Of a stretch of DNA of 61,879 nucleotides, positions 60,271 to 61,879 are shown piece by piece. The stretch comes from Chiloscyllium plagiosum. Its lineage: Eukaryota. Below the pieces are notes generated by a model. It saw only the letters and a program-made list of their open reading frames with translations. It did not search any database and was not told the DNA's origin. The DNA lies in the NCBI RefSeq assembly GCF_004010195.1, contig NC_057758.1, positions 5,327,850-5,389,728 on the forward strand, in the 5' to 3' direction. Every line of letters starts with the position of its first letter. The stretch's first letter is position 1. A program made the translations under genes and the position numbers.

Positions 60271-61879
60271 AACAGCCCAGGAACAAGCCCTTCGGCCCTC
60301 CAAGCCTGAGCCGATTAAAATGTAATGTCAAAACATGTTGGTTAATTCCTAATCATCTGTATCCTCCCACTCCCCTCCTACTCATGCATTTATCCAGACT
60401 CATGTTAAATGAATCGACCGTGCCTGCCTCTACCACCTCTGCTGGCAACGCGATCCAAGCGCCCACCACCCTATGTATGAAGTACCTGCCGCGGCATCTC
60501 CTTTAAACTTTCCACCTCTCACCTTGAAAGCGTGACCTCTCGTTATTGAATCCCTAATCCTGTGAAAAATCTTGTCTCTATCCACCTTGTCTCTACCTTT
60601 CATGATTTTGTAAACCTCAAACAGGTCCCGCCTCAATGTCCTTTTTTCTAATGAAAATGAACCGAATCTCGCAAACCTACTCTGCGCCCTCTCCAAAGCG
60701 TCCACATCCTTTCGGTAATGTGCCAAACAGATCTGTACACAGCATTCTAAATGCGGCCGAACCAATACCTTGTACAATTTTAACATGACTTGTCAGCTCT
60801 TATACTCAATACCCCGTCCAATGAAGGCAAGCATACTATACGCCTTCTTGACCACTCTATGCACCTGTGCAGAAACCTTCACGGTACAATGGACCTGCAC
60901 TCCAAGATCTCACTGCCGATCAACTTTCCCCAAGAAGCTTCCGTTCATTGGAGAATTCGCTCTCGAATTAGTCTTGCCTAAATGCATCACCTCACATTTG
61001 TCTGGATTGAAAACCATTCGTCACCTTTCCGCCCAACTCTCCATCTATCTATATCATCCAGTATTCTCTGACAGTCCCTTATGTTTTCTGCTAATCCACC
61101 AATCTTCGTGCCTTCTGCAAACTTGCTGATCATACCAACAGTGCCCTCTTCCAGACCATTTAGGTATATTACAAACAACGGTGGCCCCAATACTGACCCC
61201 TGTGCCACACAACTGGTCACCTTTCGCCATTTCGAGAAACTCTCTTCAACCACTACTGTCTGTCTCCTGTTGCTCAACCAGTAATTTATCCAACTAGCGA
61301 GAACATCCTGCACACCATATGACTTCACTTTCTCCATTAGTCTACCATGGGGAACCTTATCAAATGCCTTCCTAAAGTCCATGTATATGACATCAACAGC
61401 CCTTCCTTCATCTATCAACTTCGTCACTTCCTCGAAGAACTCTATTAAGTTGGTAAGGCACGATCTCCCCCGCACAATCCCATGTTGCCTATCACTGATA
61501 AGCCCACTTTTTTTCTAAATATAAATAGATCCTATTCCTCAGTACCTTCTCCAGCAACTTTCCTTACCTCCGACGTCAGGCTTGCGGCTTTGCAGTTACT
61601 CAGAATATCCCTACTACCGTTCTTGTGCAAGGGGACAACTTGAGCAACCCTTCAGTCCTTCGGCACCTCACCTGTATTTAAAGATGCCACAAAGATATCT
61701 GTCGGGGCCCCAGCTATTTCCTCACTTGGCTCCCTCAGAAACCTGGGAAAGATCCCATCCGGTCCTGCGGATTTATCCACCTCAACAACTTCTAGCCTAC
61801 CCACATCTTCCCTACTTACGTCAACATAATCCAATCTAATCAAACTTCTATCTCTAATCTCAACATTCATCATGTTCCT
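60271..61879 (-). mobile_element. CR1 ORF2 RT and 3' end (paralog of 22,710-24,315)
   Basis: GRSCLTNLIEFFEEVTK...YMDFRKAFDKVPH...QGSVLGPPLF...LYKVLVRPHLEC. Confidence 0.95.

Larger units (their letters stand above)
48479..61879 (+). repeat. Segmental-duplication copy U3; inverted paralog of about 22,710-38,510
   Basis: ORF pairs 23307-23510 with 61081-61284, 27457-27762 with 59278-59568, 33121-33393 with 53599-53871, 36724-36933 with 50072-50260. Its first 1.1 kb is a direct paralog (about 90%) of 11,912-13,040. Confidence 0.92.

Noticed and set aside
1..61879. Shark Ig/IgNAR/TCR cluster, suggested by the repeated 25-kb unit
   Set aside because: I found no Ig-domain exon, and the CACAGTG heptamers seen (e.g. 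6,395, 37,784, 49,716, 53,393) lack a correctly spaced ACAAAAACC nonamer.

Overview
Vertebrate genomic DNA, almost certainly elasmobranch (shark): it carries HE1-type V-SINEs, CR1 LINEs and DeuSINE-like tails. No intact, recognisable host protein-coding gene is present, and the long ORFs in the track are retroelement fragments or run through N gaps. The window is dominated by layered transposon debris: CR1, a second CR1/L2-group LINE, RTE, Penelope with hammerhead-like ends, and Harbinger Myb/SANT remnants. It also holds long degenerate 36-37 bp minisatellite blocks. The main higher-order structure is a unit of at least 25 kb present in three or more diverged paralogous copies: about 243-13,040 and 48,479-61,879 are inverted paralogs of 37,400-47,978 and 22,710-38,510. 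Inside this unit, non-TE islands carry co-oriented splice sites shared between copies, suggesting an unidentified multi-exon gene or pseudogene (low-moderate confidence). A four-level nested retroelement insertion lies at 18.8-25.1 kb. Two exact 500-N gaps make the relative orientation of the copies uncertain. Coordinates of degenerate elements are approximate, and family names come from motif recognition, not database searches.
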